Positions 22,798 to 32,455 are shown, counted from the stretch's first letter. The stretch is DNA of 64,000 nucleotides from an uncultured Acidimicrobiales bacterium (GCA_943788915.1 CALSSD010000005.1:248001-312000), one strand, 5' to 3'. Numbers and translations are program-made. The notes: a model not told the origin generated them from the sequence alone.

Positions 22798-24078
22798 ATG
22801 GATCCTCAACGCGCTGCCCGTTTTCCATTCGTACCCCAGGACACCCCGCCGCTGGTGATCGAACGCACCGAGGACGTGTGGTTGATCCGCGATAATGGCG
22901 ATCGCATTCTCGATGCGGGTGGCGGTGCAATCGTGACCAATATCGGTCATGGCCGCGCCGACGTGGCGCGTGCCGCCGCCGATGCGCTCGGCAGCGTGGA
23001 CTATGTCGTGCCGTTATGGGCGACCGAGAACCGGGTCGCGCTGATCGAGGAACTCACCGAACACTGGTTACCCGACGGTTTCACCCAGGCATCGTTCTTC
23101 TGTGGCGGAAGTGAGTCGGTCGACGCCGCTGTCCGCCTCGCACGCACCCACCATGTGTCAAACGGTGATCATGGCCGGTGGAAGGTCATCGGCCGCGACG
23201 TCTCCTATCATGGGTCCACGCTGTCGGGGCTTAGTGTCGGCAACCACGACCGGCGCCGATCAGGCCTCGAGCCGATGCTAAACGAGCATCCCAAGAGCGA
23301 CTGGCTCGATGCCGAGTCGTTGGCCAAGGTCATCGAGCGCGAAGATCCCGACACCGTGTCGGCGTTTATCGCTGAGCCGATCAATGGGGCGTCGGGAGCC
23401 GCCATGGTCCCGCCAGCCGGCTACTGGCCAGCGGTCGAAGAAGCGTGCCGAGCCAACGGCGTGCTCATCATCGTCGACGAAGTCATGACTGGACTCGGAC
23501 GCACCGGCCTGAAGTGGGGTCATGAACACTTCGGCATCACACCCGACATCATCGTGGGCGGCAAGGGCCTGTCGGGCGGTTACGCGCCGATGGGTGGCAT
23601 GTACACAACCCGAACCATCGTGGATCCGATCGCTGCCGCAGGCAACAGCCTGATGTACTTCACCTTTAGCGGTGCTGACCTTGGTTGTGCCGTGAGCGTG
23701 AAGGTGCTGCAGATCATGCGAGAAGAAGGCCTGGTCGATCGGGCAGCACAGATGGGCCAGCGACTGCGCAGCCGGATGGAAGAGGAACTCGCCGATCACC
23801 CGAACGTGGCCGACATCCGCGGACTCGGCCTCATGCAGGGCATCGAGCTGGTGAAGGACCGCAACTCGGGTGAGAGTTTCACTCGGAGTGACGAGTTCGC
23901 TCAACAGGTCGCAATGGAAGCGATCGACCGCGGCGTGTGGATCTACCCGTGCGGATCAGGCCCGGTAGTCGACGGCTTGCTCTTCGGCCCGCCGTACACC
24001 ATCACCGACGATCACATCGAAACAATCGTCGGCGTCACCAGCGAAGCCATCACCGCCGCCGCATCTCGCCTCTCCTGA
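22798..24078 (+). CDS. Class III PLP aminotransferase
   Basis: GSESVD, SYHGST, FIAEP, IVDEVMTGLGRTG, GKGLSGGY. Confidence 0.92.
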   Translation: MDPQRAARFPFVPQDTPPLVIERTEDVWLIRDNGDRILDAGGGAIVTNIGHGRADVARAAADALGSVDYVVPLWATENRVALIEELTEHWLPDGFTQASFFCGGSESVDAAVRLARTHHVSNGDHGRWKVIGRDVSYHGSTLSGLSVGNHDRRRSGLEPMLNEHPKSDWLDAESLAKVIEREDPDTVSAFIAEPINGASGAAMVPPAGYWPAVEEACRANGVLIIVDEVMTGLGRTGLKWGHEHFGITPDIIVGGKGLSGGYAPMGGMYTTRTIVDPIAAAGNSLMYFTFSGADLGCAVSVKVLQIMREEGLVDRAAQMGQRLRSRMEEELADHPNVADIRGLGLMQGIELVKDRNSGESFTRSDEFAQQVAMEAIDRGVWIYPCGSGPVVDGLLFGPPYTITDDHIETIVGVTSEAITAAASRLS

Positions 24079-24110
24079 AAAGTTACGTCCCCTGGGGGAC
24101 ATAACTTTTC
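24077..24110. repeat. REP-like palindrome, family A copy 1
   Basis: gaaaagttacgtcccctgggggacataacttttc; overlaps the aminotransferase TGA. Confidence 0.85.
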
Positions 24111-24161
24111 GATAGCTGAACCCGTCTAGGTTCAAGAACGGACAGCAACACAAGGACACTC

Positions 24162-24899
24162 ATGTCGATCGACGACGTGCTCGCCGCAGCCGGCATCCCC
24201 AATCTCGGCGAACTGACCTCACAGCAGCGCGCCATGATCGCCGAGATGGTCAGCTCGTCGTTCAGGCAGGCGGGTTCGATAATCGAGGAGGTAACAGCGA
24301 AGCCTGGATGGGAACACACCGATCCAGAGGTCCTAGATGGCCAGGGCCGAGCGAGCACGAACCTGATCCCACATATTGCAGATCTCGTCGGCGCCGCTCA
24401 GATGCGGTCGTTCCTCGACGTCGGCACCGGCGTCGGACTCCTCGCAATCGCAGCCGCGCAGCGTTGGCCCGACGCAACGGTCGTCGGCATCGATATGTGG
24501 GAGCCCGCACTCGAGCGAGCCCGCGAAAATGTCGCAGCTGCCGGGCTAGTCGACCGTGTCGAGATCCGTCACCAGGACATCAGCGATCTCGACGAGAGCG
24601 ACCGCTACGACTGTGCATTCATACCCGCTGTCTTCCTGCCTGTCACCGTTCTGGCCACAGTTGTAGCCCGAGTCGTCGACGCAATGCGGCTCGGCGGGCT
24701 GGCCTGCATAGCGGTATTCCGGGAACCGCAGGACCCACTCATTGCTGCAACTCAAGCGCTCCGAGTTGTGCGCGACTGCGGAGCGGCTCACAGCGTCGAT
24801 TCCGTGATCGAACTATGCCGCTCTGTTGGGATTGATGCCACATTGCTCAATCCAGGATCAACGTTGCCCGTCGCTTTCGTCGGAGCGCGCGTTGCCTGA
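24162..24899 (+). CDS. Class I SAM-dependent methyltransferase
   Basis: FLDVGTGVG motif I, VVGIDMW; AAGGA upstream. Confidence 0.88.
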   Translation: MSIDDVLAAAGIPNLGELTSQQRAMIAEMVSSSFRQAGSIIEEVTAKPGWEHTDPEVLDGQGRASTNLIPHIADLVGAAQMRSFLDVGTGVGLLAIAAAQRWPDATVVGIDMWEPALERARENVAAAGLVDRVEIRHQDISDLDESDRYDCAFIPAVFLPVTVLATVVARVVDAMRLGGLACIAVFREPQDPLIAATQALRVVRDCGAAHSVDSVIELCRSVGIDATLLNPGSTLPVAFVGARVA

Positions 24900-24930
24900 A
24901 AAGTTACGTCCCCTGGGGACGTAACTTCTC
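24898..24930. repeat. REP-like palindrome, family A copy 2
   Basis: gaaaagttacgtcccctggggacgtaacttctc; overlaps the methyltransferase TGA. Confidence 0.85.
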
Positions 24931-24935
24931 GTGCA

Positions 24936-26411
24936 TCAGGCTGCCCATTCTTGTTCGCCGTAGTTCGCGATGAGGTCGAGGACTTGGTCGACGTCGGCGG
25001 TGGTTACCCGGGGGTTCATGTACAGCAGCCGGAAGGCGTTGATGCCGTGCACCGGTTGGAAACCGATCATGGCGGTGCCGTCGTGTTGCATACGCGACTT
25101 GATGCGTGAAGCCACGGCGTGAAGACGCGCATGCTGGTCTTCGGACAAGGATGCAAGATCGAACGGGCGGAGCTCAGACGGCACCCACACAAAACACACG
25201 TTGGTGAACGGCCCCGGAACGAGGACGGCGAAGTCTTCACGCTCGACAACGACCGAGCGAGTGTGATCGGCCAACCCGACTGCGTGATCGACGCGATCGG
25301 CGAAGCCTTCGTCGCCAAACGTCTTCCATGTGAGCCATGCCTTGAGCACGTCGACTCGACGACCGCAGTGAAAGGTGCGATCGCCTGCGTCGTATTCACC
25401 GAACTGCTTGTCGGCCTGGAAGATGTAGTTGGCCTTGGTCGAAAACACCGGCGCCAGCTGCGTGGGATCCTTGACCAGCAACACGGTGCACTGCTGGGTG
25501 ATACCCATCATCTTGTGCAGGTTCCACACCAGCGAGTCCGAGCGTTCGATCCCGTGCATCAAGCCAGCCTGACGAGGCGAGAACAACGCCGAACCACCCC
25601 AGCATCCGTCGACATGCAGCCAAAGGTCTTCCGCCTCGCAGATGTCAGCGATCGGGTCCAACGGGTCGAACGCCGAGGTCACCGTGGTGCCCGCAGTGGC
25701 CACAACGGCAAACGGTCGAGCCCCGTCGGCCCGAGCGTCATCCACTGCTTTAGCGAGCCCGGCCGGGATGATGGCGCCGGTTGCATCGGTATCGACTTCG
25801 ATCACGGACTGCAAGCCAAGGCCCATGATCGCTGCCGACTTGAGCGTGGCGTAGTGAGCGGCCTGGGACACGAACACGACAAGCCGTTCGCCAGTCGCTC
25901 CGGTCTGCAGAATGTCGGGACAGGCGCGGTGTCGTGCCAGTTGCAACGCATGCAGCGTGGCCGATGAGCCGCCAGGACAAAGAATGCCTGGCGGGAGCGC
26001 TCCAGGGGCAGGGTCGACGGGGTAACCCGCCAAGCCAGCCATCTTGTTGATGACCGAACGCTCCATCATGGTGAAGACCGGGGCAACCTCGAAGGTGGCG
26101 TTGGTGGTGTTCAACGCCGCGGCCAACCAGTCGCCAACAACGGCGATCGGCTCCGGCCCAGCAAAGTTCTGGTTGAAGAAACGGGGGTGGGTCGTGTGCA
26201 TGGAACGATCGATGATCGTCTGCACCGCGTCAGCCAACTGGTCAGGAGACACCGGTTGCTGGTCGACATCGATCCCCAGACCAACAGTGGTTGCGAACTC
26301 CGCAATCAGTTCGTTCGGGCTCGCATAGTCAATGACCCGATCGCTGGCAACGGGCGGATCGAAGACGTAGTCCAGCGCCTGGTCTGCAATGCGCTTGGCC
26401 GCATCGGTCAC
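24936..26411 (-). CDS. Group II PLP-dependent decarboxylase (GAD/CSAD-like)
   Basis: HPRFFNQ, FEVAPVFT, PGGS, ATAGTTV..AFDP, WLHVDGCWGG, WNLHKMMG, CGRRVD. Confidence 0.9.
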   Translation of the reverse strand: MTDAAKRIADQALDYVFDPPVASDRVIDYASPNELIAEFATTVGLGIDVDQQPVSPDQLADAVQTIIDRSMHTTHPRFFNQNFAGPEPIAVVGDWLAAALNTTNATFEVAPVFTMMERSVINKMAGLAGYPVDPAPGALPPGILCPGGSSATLHALQLARHRACPDILQTGATGERLVVFVSQAAHYATLKSAAIMGLGLQSVIEVDTDATGAIIPAGLAKAVDDARADGARPFAVVATAGTTVTSAFDPLDPIADICEAEDLWLHVDGCWGGSALFSPRQAGLMHGIERSDSLVWNLHKMMGITQQCTVLLVKDPTQLAPVFSTKANYIFQADKQFGEYDAGDRTFHCGRRVDVLKAWLTWKTFGDEGFADRVDHAVGLADHTRSVVVEREDFAVLVPGPFTNVCFVWVPSELRPFDLASLSEDQHARLHAVASRIKSRMQHDGTAMIGFQPVHGINAFRLLYMNPRVTTADVDQVLDLIANYGEQEWAA

Positions 26412-28039
26412 GAGAGCCCCAGCCGTTCAAGTTGCTCAGCCGGCGCTTCGACTTCGACAAGCGCGGTGCGCAACAGGTCAGCCATTTCGGCTTCGGTTGT
26501 TTCACCCCGGCGGTTCTCGCCTTCGTCGGGATCCACGCCCAGGTCATAGAGATGATGCTGGCCCACAGCCCGGGCGCCTCCGGCCCAATACGGCAGCTGG
26601 TCACCTTCGGCAAACGGTTGCCGGATCACAGGAACGTCGGAACCCGGCATGAAGTCCAAACCCGCTCGCCGGTCCGGCTTGGGCCACGGCATGAAACTGG
26701 CCAGGTCGTCTTGGGCGGGCATGGTTGACCACCGGTTCGACCACATCGACAACGGCAGGTTGTCGTCGACTGGAGCCCGCGCATACTTGTGCTGACCATC
26801 GGTGACCTGCACCCAGTTACCGAACACGCCGCCGATCGCCCAGTCACGAATGCTCGAGGCCTGGTCGGTCAGCAGTGGAACCAGCGATTCGCCATGAGTG
26901 CGATGTTCGAGCTCCACACCAAAGGCATCGGCGATGGTGGCGTTCAGGTCGACGTTCGTGGTGAGCGCATCGATCTCGCCGCCGCCGGGTCGCCCGGGCC
27001 AATGGATCATGAGGGGCGTGTGTCCCAGCGGCTCGAACTGCGGAACCATGGGTTTACCCCAGATGTCGGCGTTGGCTTCCTCACCCGGCGCTCCCACCAT
27101 TCGCTCCTCGCCGAGATAGTGGCCATGGTCGGTGCACACGATGACCGCGGTGGTGTCCCACAAATCGTTGGCGTCGAGTTCGTCGAGCAGCTTGCCGAAG
27201 TGATGATCGATCATCGACATCTTGGCGCCGTAGTTGTTGCGGATGTTCCGACCTTGCTTGGCTTCGAGCGCGCCGGTAGTCACGCCACCAATGGCATAGG
27301 GCGGCCACACCAATCGCTCGCCGTCCCACGATTCCTCGTCGTACTTCGACGCCCATGGTTCCGGCGTGTCGAACGGCTCGTGGGGGTCGAACTCGTCGAT
27401 GAATAGGAACCAACGATCATGCGCCTCGGACGCATGTCGCACCCAGTCCGACGCTGCCTTCATGGTCTTTGGGCCAGGGAAGTCGTCTTCGGTGCGGAAC
27501 CAGCTCCGAGCATCGTCGTAGTGCCGACGACCAAACCGATCGTTATCGATGTTAAATCGTGACCGCAGGAACCAACCACCGTCGACGGCCGACGGCAGGG
27601 TCGGTGCGCCGATTGCGGTGGGATCTTCGAAGGTGCGCCAGGCGTCGCCTTCGTGTCCACGCAGGTATTCCCAGCCAGCGAAATCGGTGTGGTAGTTCTC
27701 GCCACCGGTCTCGAACAGATGCGGATGGTCCGACGCCAGCATGGTCGTAACACCCGACCGACGAAGTGCCGCAGTGATCGATTCTTCCCACAACTCGATC
27801 GAGCCCCATGGCTTCCACAAGAAGTCGAGCGCACCACACAAGATGTCGTGCCGAGCTGGCATACAAGGTAACGATCCGGTCACGTGTGATGTAAACAGAG
27901 TCGAGCGCGCAGCAAAACGATCCAAGTTCGGGGTCTCGAACTCGGTGCCGCCGTAAGCCCCAAGCATGTGCCGATTGAGCGAGTCGAGCAAGACCACAAC
28001 GACGTTTGTTGGACCAGCATCTAGAGGATTGTCAGGCAC
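26408..28039 (-). CDS. Formylglycine-dependent sulfatase (Cys-type)
   Basis: LLDSLNR, CMPAR (CxPxR), FDPHEPF, TDHG; GTGA overlap with the decarboxylase. Confidence 0.9.
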   Translation of the reverse strand: MPDNPLDAGPTNVVVVLLDSLNRHMLGAYGGTEFETPNLDRFAARSTLFTSHVTGSLPCMPARHDILCGALDFLWKPWGSIELWEESITAALRRSGVTTMLASDHPHLFETGGENYHTDFAGWEYLRGHEGDAWRTFEDPTAIGAPTLPSAVDGGWFLRSRFNIDNDRFGRRHYDDARSWFRTEDDFPGPKTMKAASDWVRHASEAHDRWFLFIDEFDPHEPFDTPEPWASKYDEESWDGERLVWPPYAIGGVTTGALEAKQGRNIRNNYGAKMSMIDHHFGKLLDELDANDLWDTTAVIVCTDHGHYLGEERMVGAPGEEANADIWGKPMVPQFEPLGHTPLMIHWPGRPGGGEIDALTTNVDLNATIADAFGVELEHRTHGESLVPLLTDQASSIRDWAIGGVFGNWVQVTDGQHKYARAPVDDNLPLSMWSNRWSTMPAQDDLASFMPWPKPDRRAGLDFMPGSDVPVIRQPFAEGDQLPYWAGGARAVGQHHLYDLGVDPDEGENRRGETTEAEMADLLRTALVEVEAPAEQLERLGLS

Positions 28040-28197
28040 GACGCCATCGTAGGTTCAAACCGCATACCGGCACCGGTCAAGAGGGCGCTTCAAAGTCAGC
28101 GCAGATTCGACGGCTGATCTTGGTGTGCATCAACCGAGCGATCGGCCCCTCCGTCCCCCAGAACCAACAAACACCTAACGGCACCACGAAACGGTTG

Positions 28198-29229
28198 TTA
28201 GCTGACAGATAAGGATGCAGGGTTGAACAGCCATCGCAGCGACTCGGCGAACATGGATCCGGCGTGGCGGAGAGTGTGGCCACCAGTGCCGAACTCGAAT
28301 CGCATGTCGTAACCGGCGAACTCCAATGCGGCAGCAACTTGCTGGTTTGCTAGCGGCCAACTTCCGTAGATGATGTCGGCGTCGCTCTCGCCGCTTTGCA
28401 TGAACACCCGAATCGGGTGGCGTTCGGTTGAGCGGATGAGGTAGGGCCATGCGTGCCCGCCGCGGAGGTTGACGAACGAACCACAGTGGCTCAGCACCAA
28501 CCCGAACTGGTCCGGGCGGTGCCATGCCGCTGTCCATGCACAGATTCCACCGCTTGAGTGACCAACGACTCCCCTGCGGGCTGGGTCGTCGGTGATTGAG
28601 CTGCCCAGGTGGTCCTGTACGAACGGAATGACCTCGTCGACGAGCAACGATGCGTAACGATCGGTCATCGAGTCATATTCGATACAGCGCTGTCGCGCAG
28701 CTCTTGGGTCTCGGTTCATTTCCCACGGCGACGAACTAGGCGGCACGTCGATACCGCGACCTGGCGTGACGAATACGCCGACTACCGGTCCGACCGTTCC
28801 ATCGGCATTCACGGCATCGAGCACGCGCTGAGCGCGCACCGGCCCCTCGGCGTTCAGATAACTGTGGCCGTCGTTGAACACCAACAGCGCAGGCGACACT
28901 TCGTCGGTTAACTCATCGGGGCAGACGATCCATACATCTCGCAGCGTGTCTGGATACAGAGCACTCGATCGCCAGTCGGGGAAGTAGCTGATGGAGCTGC
29001 AGGTTGGCCCTTCGGCCAGTGCCTCGGCACATGGCTCGTAGATCGTGTCGCCGGGCGTATCGAGCGCCTTCATGATTTCTCTGTTGCGGCGACCGTTGAC
29101 CGCAGCGTCACCATGCACCTCGGTGAAGTTCTCGTGCAGGCCAAACCGTTTGTACGTCTCAAGATCCACCCGCGCACCGTAGTCGGACGAGGTCGATGGC
29201 GCCGGAGGCGACTGGAGCTTGCGGTGCAT
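28198..29229 (-). CDS. Alpha/beta hydrolase (enterochelin esterase-like)
   Basis: LLVFNDG, GHSSGG nucleophile elbow, SHCGSFVNLRGGH, GGHTLRH. Confidence 0.85.
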   Translation of the reverse strand: MHRKLQSPPAPSTSSDYGARVDLETYKRFGLHENFTEVHGDAAVNGRRNREIMKALDTPGDTIYEPCAEALAEGPTCSSISYFPDWRSSALYPDTLRDVWIVCPDELTDEVSPALLVFNDGHSYLNAEGPVRAQRVLDAVNADGTVGPVVGVFVTPGRGIDVPPSSSPWEMNRDPRAARQRCIEYDSMTDRYASLLVDEVIPFVQDHLGSSITDDPARRGVVGHSSGGICAWTAAWHRPDQFGLVLSHCGSFVNLRGGHAWPYLIRSTERHPIRVFMQSGESDADIIYGSWPLANQQVAAALEFAGYDMRFEFGTGGHTLRHAGSMFAESLRWLFNPASLSVS

Positions 29230-29254
29230 GTTCTCATGCCAGTGCGCGATATTG

Positions 29255-29500
29255 CATTCACGACGCTGCAAGATGTGCTGTCGAGGCACTTGAGCGTTTC
29301 GAACGCCCTCGCCGATCACCCGTTTGAGTCGTTCCCGATGCCGCATGGTGGGCTGGTGGTAGTCGGCGTACTCGGGGACGACAGACCCGCCCCGTACTCG
29401 CTGCCACTACGACCATCGTCTACATCACGTAACCGACATACCATGCGAAATAGGACGACATCGACCGGGACTATGTGGTGCCGTGCCCTCCAGCTAACGA
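29255..29500 (+). pseudogene. Possible decayed class III adenylate/guanylate cyclase fragment
   Basis: Frames give DAARCAVEAL and HGGLVVVGVLGDDRP..Y, reminiscent of the cyclase GIHxGxVVxGxxG motif; highly degraded. Confidence 0.25.
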
Positions 29501-29644
29501 ACAGGCAGCCAGGTAGTCCTTCGTCAACAAACCAACTCGACGTGTGGCGCCGATCTCGGGAATCACGATATTGGCTCGACCGTGACGCGTCGCCAACCGT
29601 CACTGTTCCGGCTCCATGCCACAACCCCACACTACGCTTGCCAC

Positions 29645-30541
29645 GTGTCCTCGGCTGGCAAGACGCGCACCATTGCGCTGGACCATCCCCTCGATCTGCG
29701 AGCGACGCTCAGTGATCGGGTTACCGGCGATCCAGGCGGCGGGATTCAGCAAGGCTGGCGAGCGGCCCGCACCCCTGAGGGTTTGGCCTCGATGCGCATC
29801 CGACTCGACAACGAAGGCGTCGAGCTCGAAGCGTGGGGACCAGGTGCCGACTGGTCGCTCGACACCGCGCCAGCACTGCTCGGGCTCGATGACGACCCGT
29901 CCACCTTCACAGCCCACCATGACATCGTCGCCAAACTGCATCGACGTTTCCATGGCCTACGCATCGGCAGAACCGGCCTGATCTGGGACTATCTACCGCG
30001 GGTAATCCTGGAACAAAAGGTAACGGGAGCTGAAGCAACACGAAGCTGGCGCAGCCTGGTGCGCACCTTTGGCCAGGACGCTCCCGGTCCGGAACCATTA
30101 AGGATTGGGCCTCCACCTGAAGTACTCGCCGCACTGCCATATCACGACTTTCATAGTCATGGCGTCGAACGTAAACGTTCCGAGATCATCATCAATGCTG
30201 CTCGACGGGTAAACCGGATCGAAGAGGCCACAGAGATGCCGGCAGCGCAGGCCTACAAACGGCTCATGGCGTTTCGTGGCATCGGCATCTGGACAGCATC
30301 GCTGGTCTTGGGCCGAGCGATCGGCGATCCGGATGCGATTCCGATCGGCGACTACCACGTGAAGAACACCGTGTGTTGGGCTCTGGCCGGCGAACCACGA
30401 GGGACCGACGATCGGATGATCGAACTACTCGAGCCCTACCGGGGTCATCGCCAGCGAGTGGTCCGGCTGCTCCACCTAGGCGGTATTGGCGCACCGAAGT
30501 ACGGACCTCGAACGGTTCCACGAGACATCCGCCGCCACTGA
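29645..30541 (+). CDS. DNA-3-methyladenine glycosylase (AlkA-like, HhH-GPD)
   Basis: ILEQKVTG, FRGIGIWTA, GDPDAIPIGDYH; TACGCT 6 nt upstream of GTG 29645. Confidence 0.88.
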   Translation: MSSAGKTRTIALDHPLDLRATLSDRVTGDPGGGIQQGWRAARTPEGLASMRIRLDNEGVELEAWGPGADWSLDTAPALLGLDDDPSTFTAHHDIVAKLHRRFHGLRIGRTGLIWDYLPRVILEQKVTGAEATRSWRSLVRTFGQDAPGPEPLRIGPPPEVLAALPYHDFHSHGVERKRSEIIINAARRVNRIEEATEMPAAQAYKRLMAFRGIGIWTASLVLGRAIGDPDAIPIGDYHVKNTVCWALAGEPRGTDDRMIELLEPYRGHRQRVVRLLHLGGIGAPKYGPRTVPRDIRRH

Positions 30542-30555
30542 CTCTCGACCCAATT

Positions 30556-30593
30556 CGACCGATGCCGACCCCCGCCACGGTCGGCACCGGTCG
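30556..30593. terminator. Hairpin between convergent genes
   Basis: cgaccgatgccgacc / ggtcggcaccggtcg stem (one mismatch), 8-nt loop. Confidence 0.55.
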
Positions 30594-30601
30594 TCTGGGA
30601 G

Positions 30602-31391
30602 TTATTGCGGGAGCGTCACGCTGATTGTGGTGTAGCCGGAGTTATCGCCGATTACCTGGGCAATCGAGCCATCGGGACCAGTGAGCTGGGCGAACACTGT
30701 CCCGTCTTGGTCACTTGCGATGTTCTGCGTCCACCCGCTACTGAGCAGCGTAGCGATTGAGGTTGCCGCGTATGGTTCGTTGGGGTCGTGGTTGAACACG
30801 CCGCTCGTGACCACCGTGTCGCCAAGATCGAGTATCGAGAAGCTCTGGCTGCCGGGTACCAGGGTGGCAGGCACACCCAGTGCCTGTGGCCAGGTCGGCG
30901 GGGCGTCCTGCGAAGTGAAGATCCCGAGCTCACCTTCATCGGTCTGGATGGTGACACCGCCGTCGTCGTCGAAGTTGATAGCCCCGTCGCCCTGGTCGGT
31001 ATCGAAGTTGATGCTGCCGTTCTCCTCGTCGAAACTGACGACACCATCACCTTCATCGGTGTTGAACACGATGCCGTTCTCGCCGAAACTGATGACACCA
31101 TCGCCATCGTCGGTGTTGAACACGATGCCACCGTTTTCTTCGTCGAAGTTCAGAGCAAAGTCGCCCTCCTCGGTTGAGACGCTGAAACCGCCACTGCCAT
31201 CACCGCTGAAGTCCAGGTCGATGTCTTGATCGCCTTCGACTGCGCGCTCCAGCCCTTAACTTGCTGCCCGTTCGGTCAACGACCCCTTAACTTGCTGCCC
31301 GTTCGGTCAACGACTCAGAGCTGCACGCTCCGAGCAAGGCAATGCCGAGCGAGGCGGCGGCGAGTGAGCTGAGAATACGAGAGCGTGACAT
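30602..31391 (-). pseudogene. Acidic beta-repeat lipoprotein interrupted by a TAA and a 31-bp tandem duplication
   Basis: GGAG RBS, MSRSRILSSLAAASLGIALLGAC lipobox; after the duplication it resumes GLERAVEGDQDIDLDF in frame with ORF 30602-31123; FNTDxGDGxxxF repeats. Confidence 0.7.
31253..31314. repeat. Perfect 31-bp tandem duplication
   Basis: cccttaacttgctgcccgttcggtcaacgac at 31253-31283 and 31284-31314. Confidence 0.95.
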
Positions 31392-31570
31392 GGAGTCCTC
31401 CGGTGGGTAGTGGCTTAGCCTGACGACGATTCCATCGGCAAACTGTGGCAACAAACACGCTTCGGTCATGACTCGCGTCACATGATCTCGCAACCGTTGG
31501 TGACCAGTGAGGCTCACGAGCACTAGCCTCTGTCGCTTAGTCACGCGGGCCTAGACAAGCTAGGCAGATC

Positions 31571-32455
31571 ATGAGGAGAGACATGCAGTTGGCACACGCC
31601 ATCGACGCCTGGGTAGATGCCCACGGACGCGGTCTGTCCGTGTCCACCCAGCGCGACATCCAAAGAATTCGTGCCGCTGTGATCGAGGTCGGCTGGCAGG
31701 GACTTCCGTGCGACCAGGTCGACCGCGAGGTCCGCGAAGATATCATCGAAGTGGCGACACAAACCGGAACCCTCGGCGGTTCGGCGATTAGTGAGTTCTT
31801 CAACGTTGTCCTGCAATGGGCGGCGACCCAACTCGACACCGGACCATCAGCCGACGACGATCTCGGCTCCAGCGGCGCGTTCGGCGACGAGTCCGAGCCC
31901 ACCGGCTGGGAGGATCTCGACGACGACGATGAGTCCGACGAGCCCGAGCCCACCGGCTGGGAAGATCTCGACGACGATGAGTCCGACGAGCCCGACTCCA
32001 CCGGCTGGGAAGATCTCGACGACGAGCCCGACGACGACCAGACCCACCACGATGACGACGAGCCCGACGACGACCAGTCCCACGACGATGACACGAAGAC
32101 GGACCATGAACCTGAGGACTGGGTCGGTTATCTGAGCACCGCCCAAGACGGCGACGGCTTCACTGGCTTGGCACCAGAGAATGAAACTGCAGACGAGGGC
32201 GTGCAAGAGAAGGCTGCAGCAAGCTCATTCTTTAAAGCCCTTGGTTCTTCACCGCCTGTCGACGAGGACGACGAACCGGTCCTCGTCATCGAGAACGAAG
32301 CGGCCACCAAGGACGCAACCGGAATCTTCAGTGCAGCTGCCGAACAGGTCCCACAAAACCGAACCTCGGGCATCGACTGGATCACCGTTGCGTACTTCGC
32401 GGTAGCCGCAATCTGCTTTGCACTGGTGATCTACTTCTACCTGACGTCGAGCTAG
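31571..32455 (+). CDS. Hypothetical tail-anchored membrane protein with Asp/Glu-rich TGWEDLDD repeats
   Basis: Three TGWEDLDD units plus two EPDDDQxH units; one C-terminal hydrophobic helix; start may be ATG 31583 (GAGGAG upstream). Confidence 0.75.
   Translation: MRRDMQLAHAIDAWVDAHGRGLSVSTQRDIQRIRAAVIEVGWQGLPCDQVDREVREDIIEVATQTGTLGGSAISEFFNVVLQWAATQLDTGPSADDDLGSSGAFGDESEPTGWEDLDDDDESDEPEPTGWEDLDDDESDEPDSTGWEDLDDEPDDDQTHHDDDEPDDDQSHDDDTKTDHEPEDWVGYLSTAQDGDGFTGLAPENETADEGVQEKAAASSFFKALGSSPPVDEDDEPVLVIENEAATKDATGIFSAAAEQVPQNRTSGIDWITVAYFAVAAICFALVIYFYLTSS

Noticed and set aside
24077..24930. Integron attC cassette or CRISPR repeat interpretation of the family A palindromes
   Set aside because: Order is GTT...AAC, not RYYYAAC...GTTRRRY; too short for attC; no integrase or cas genes; copies are separated by about 790 bp, not by spacers.
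31253..31314. Mini-CRISPR
   Set aside because: Two abutting copies with no spacer, inside a coding sequence.
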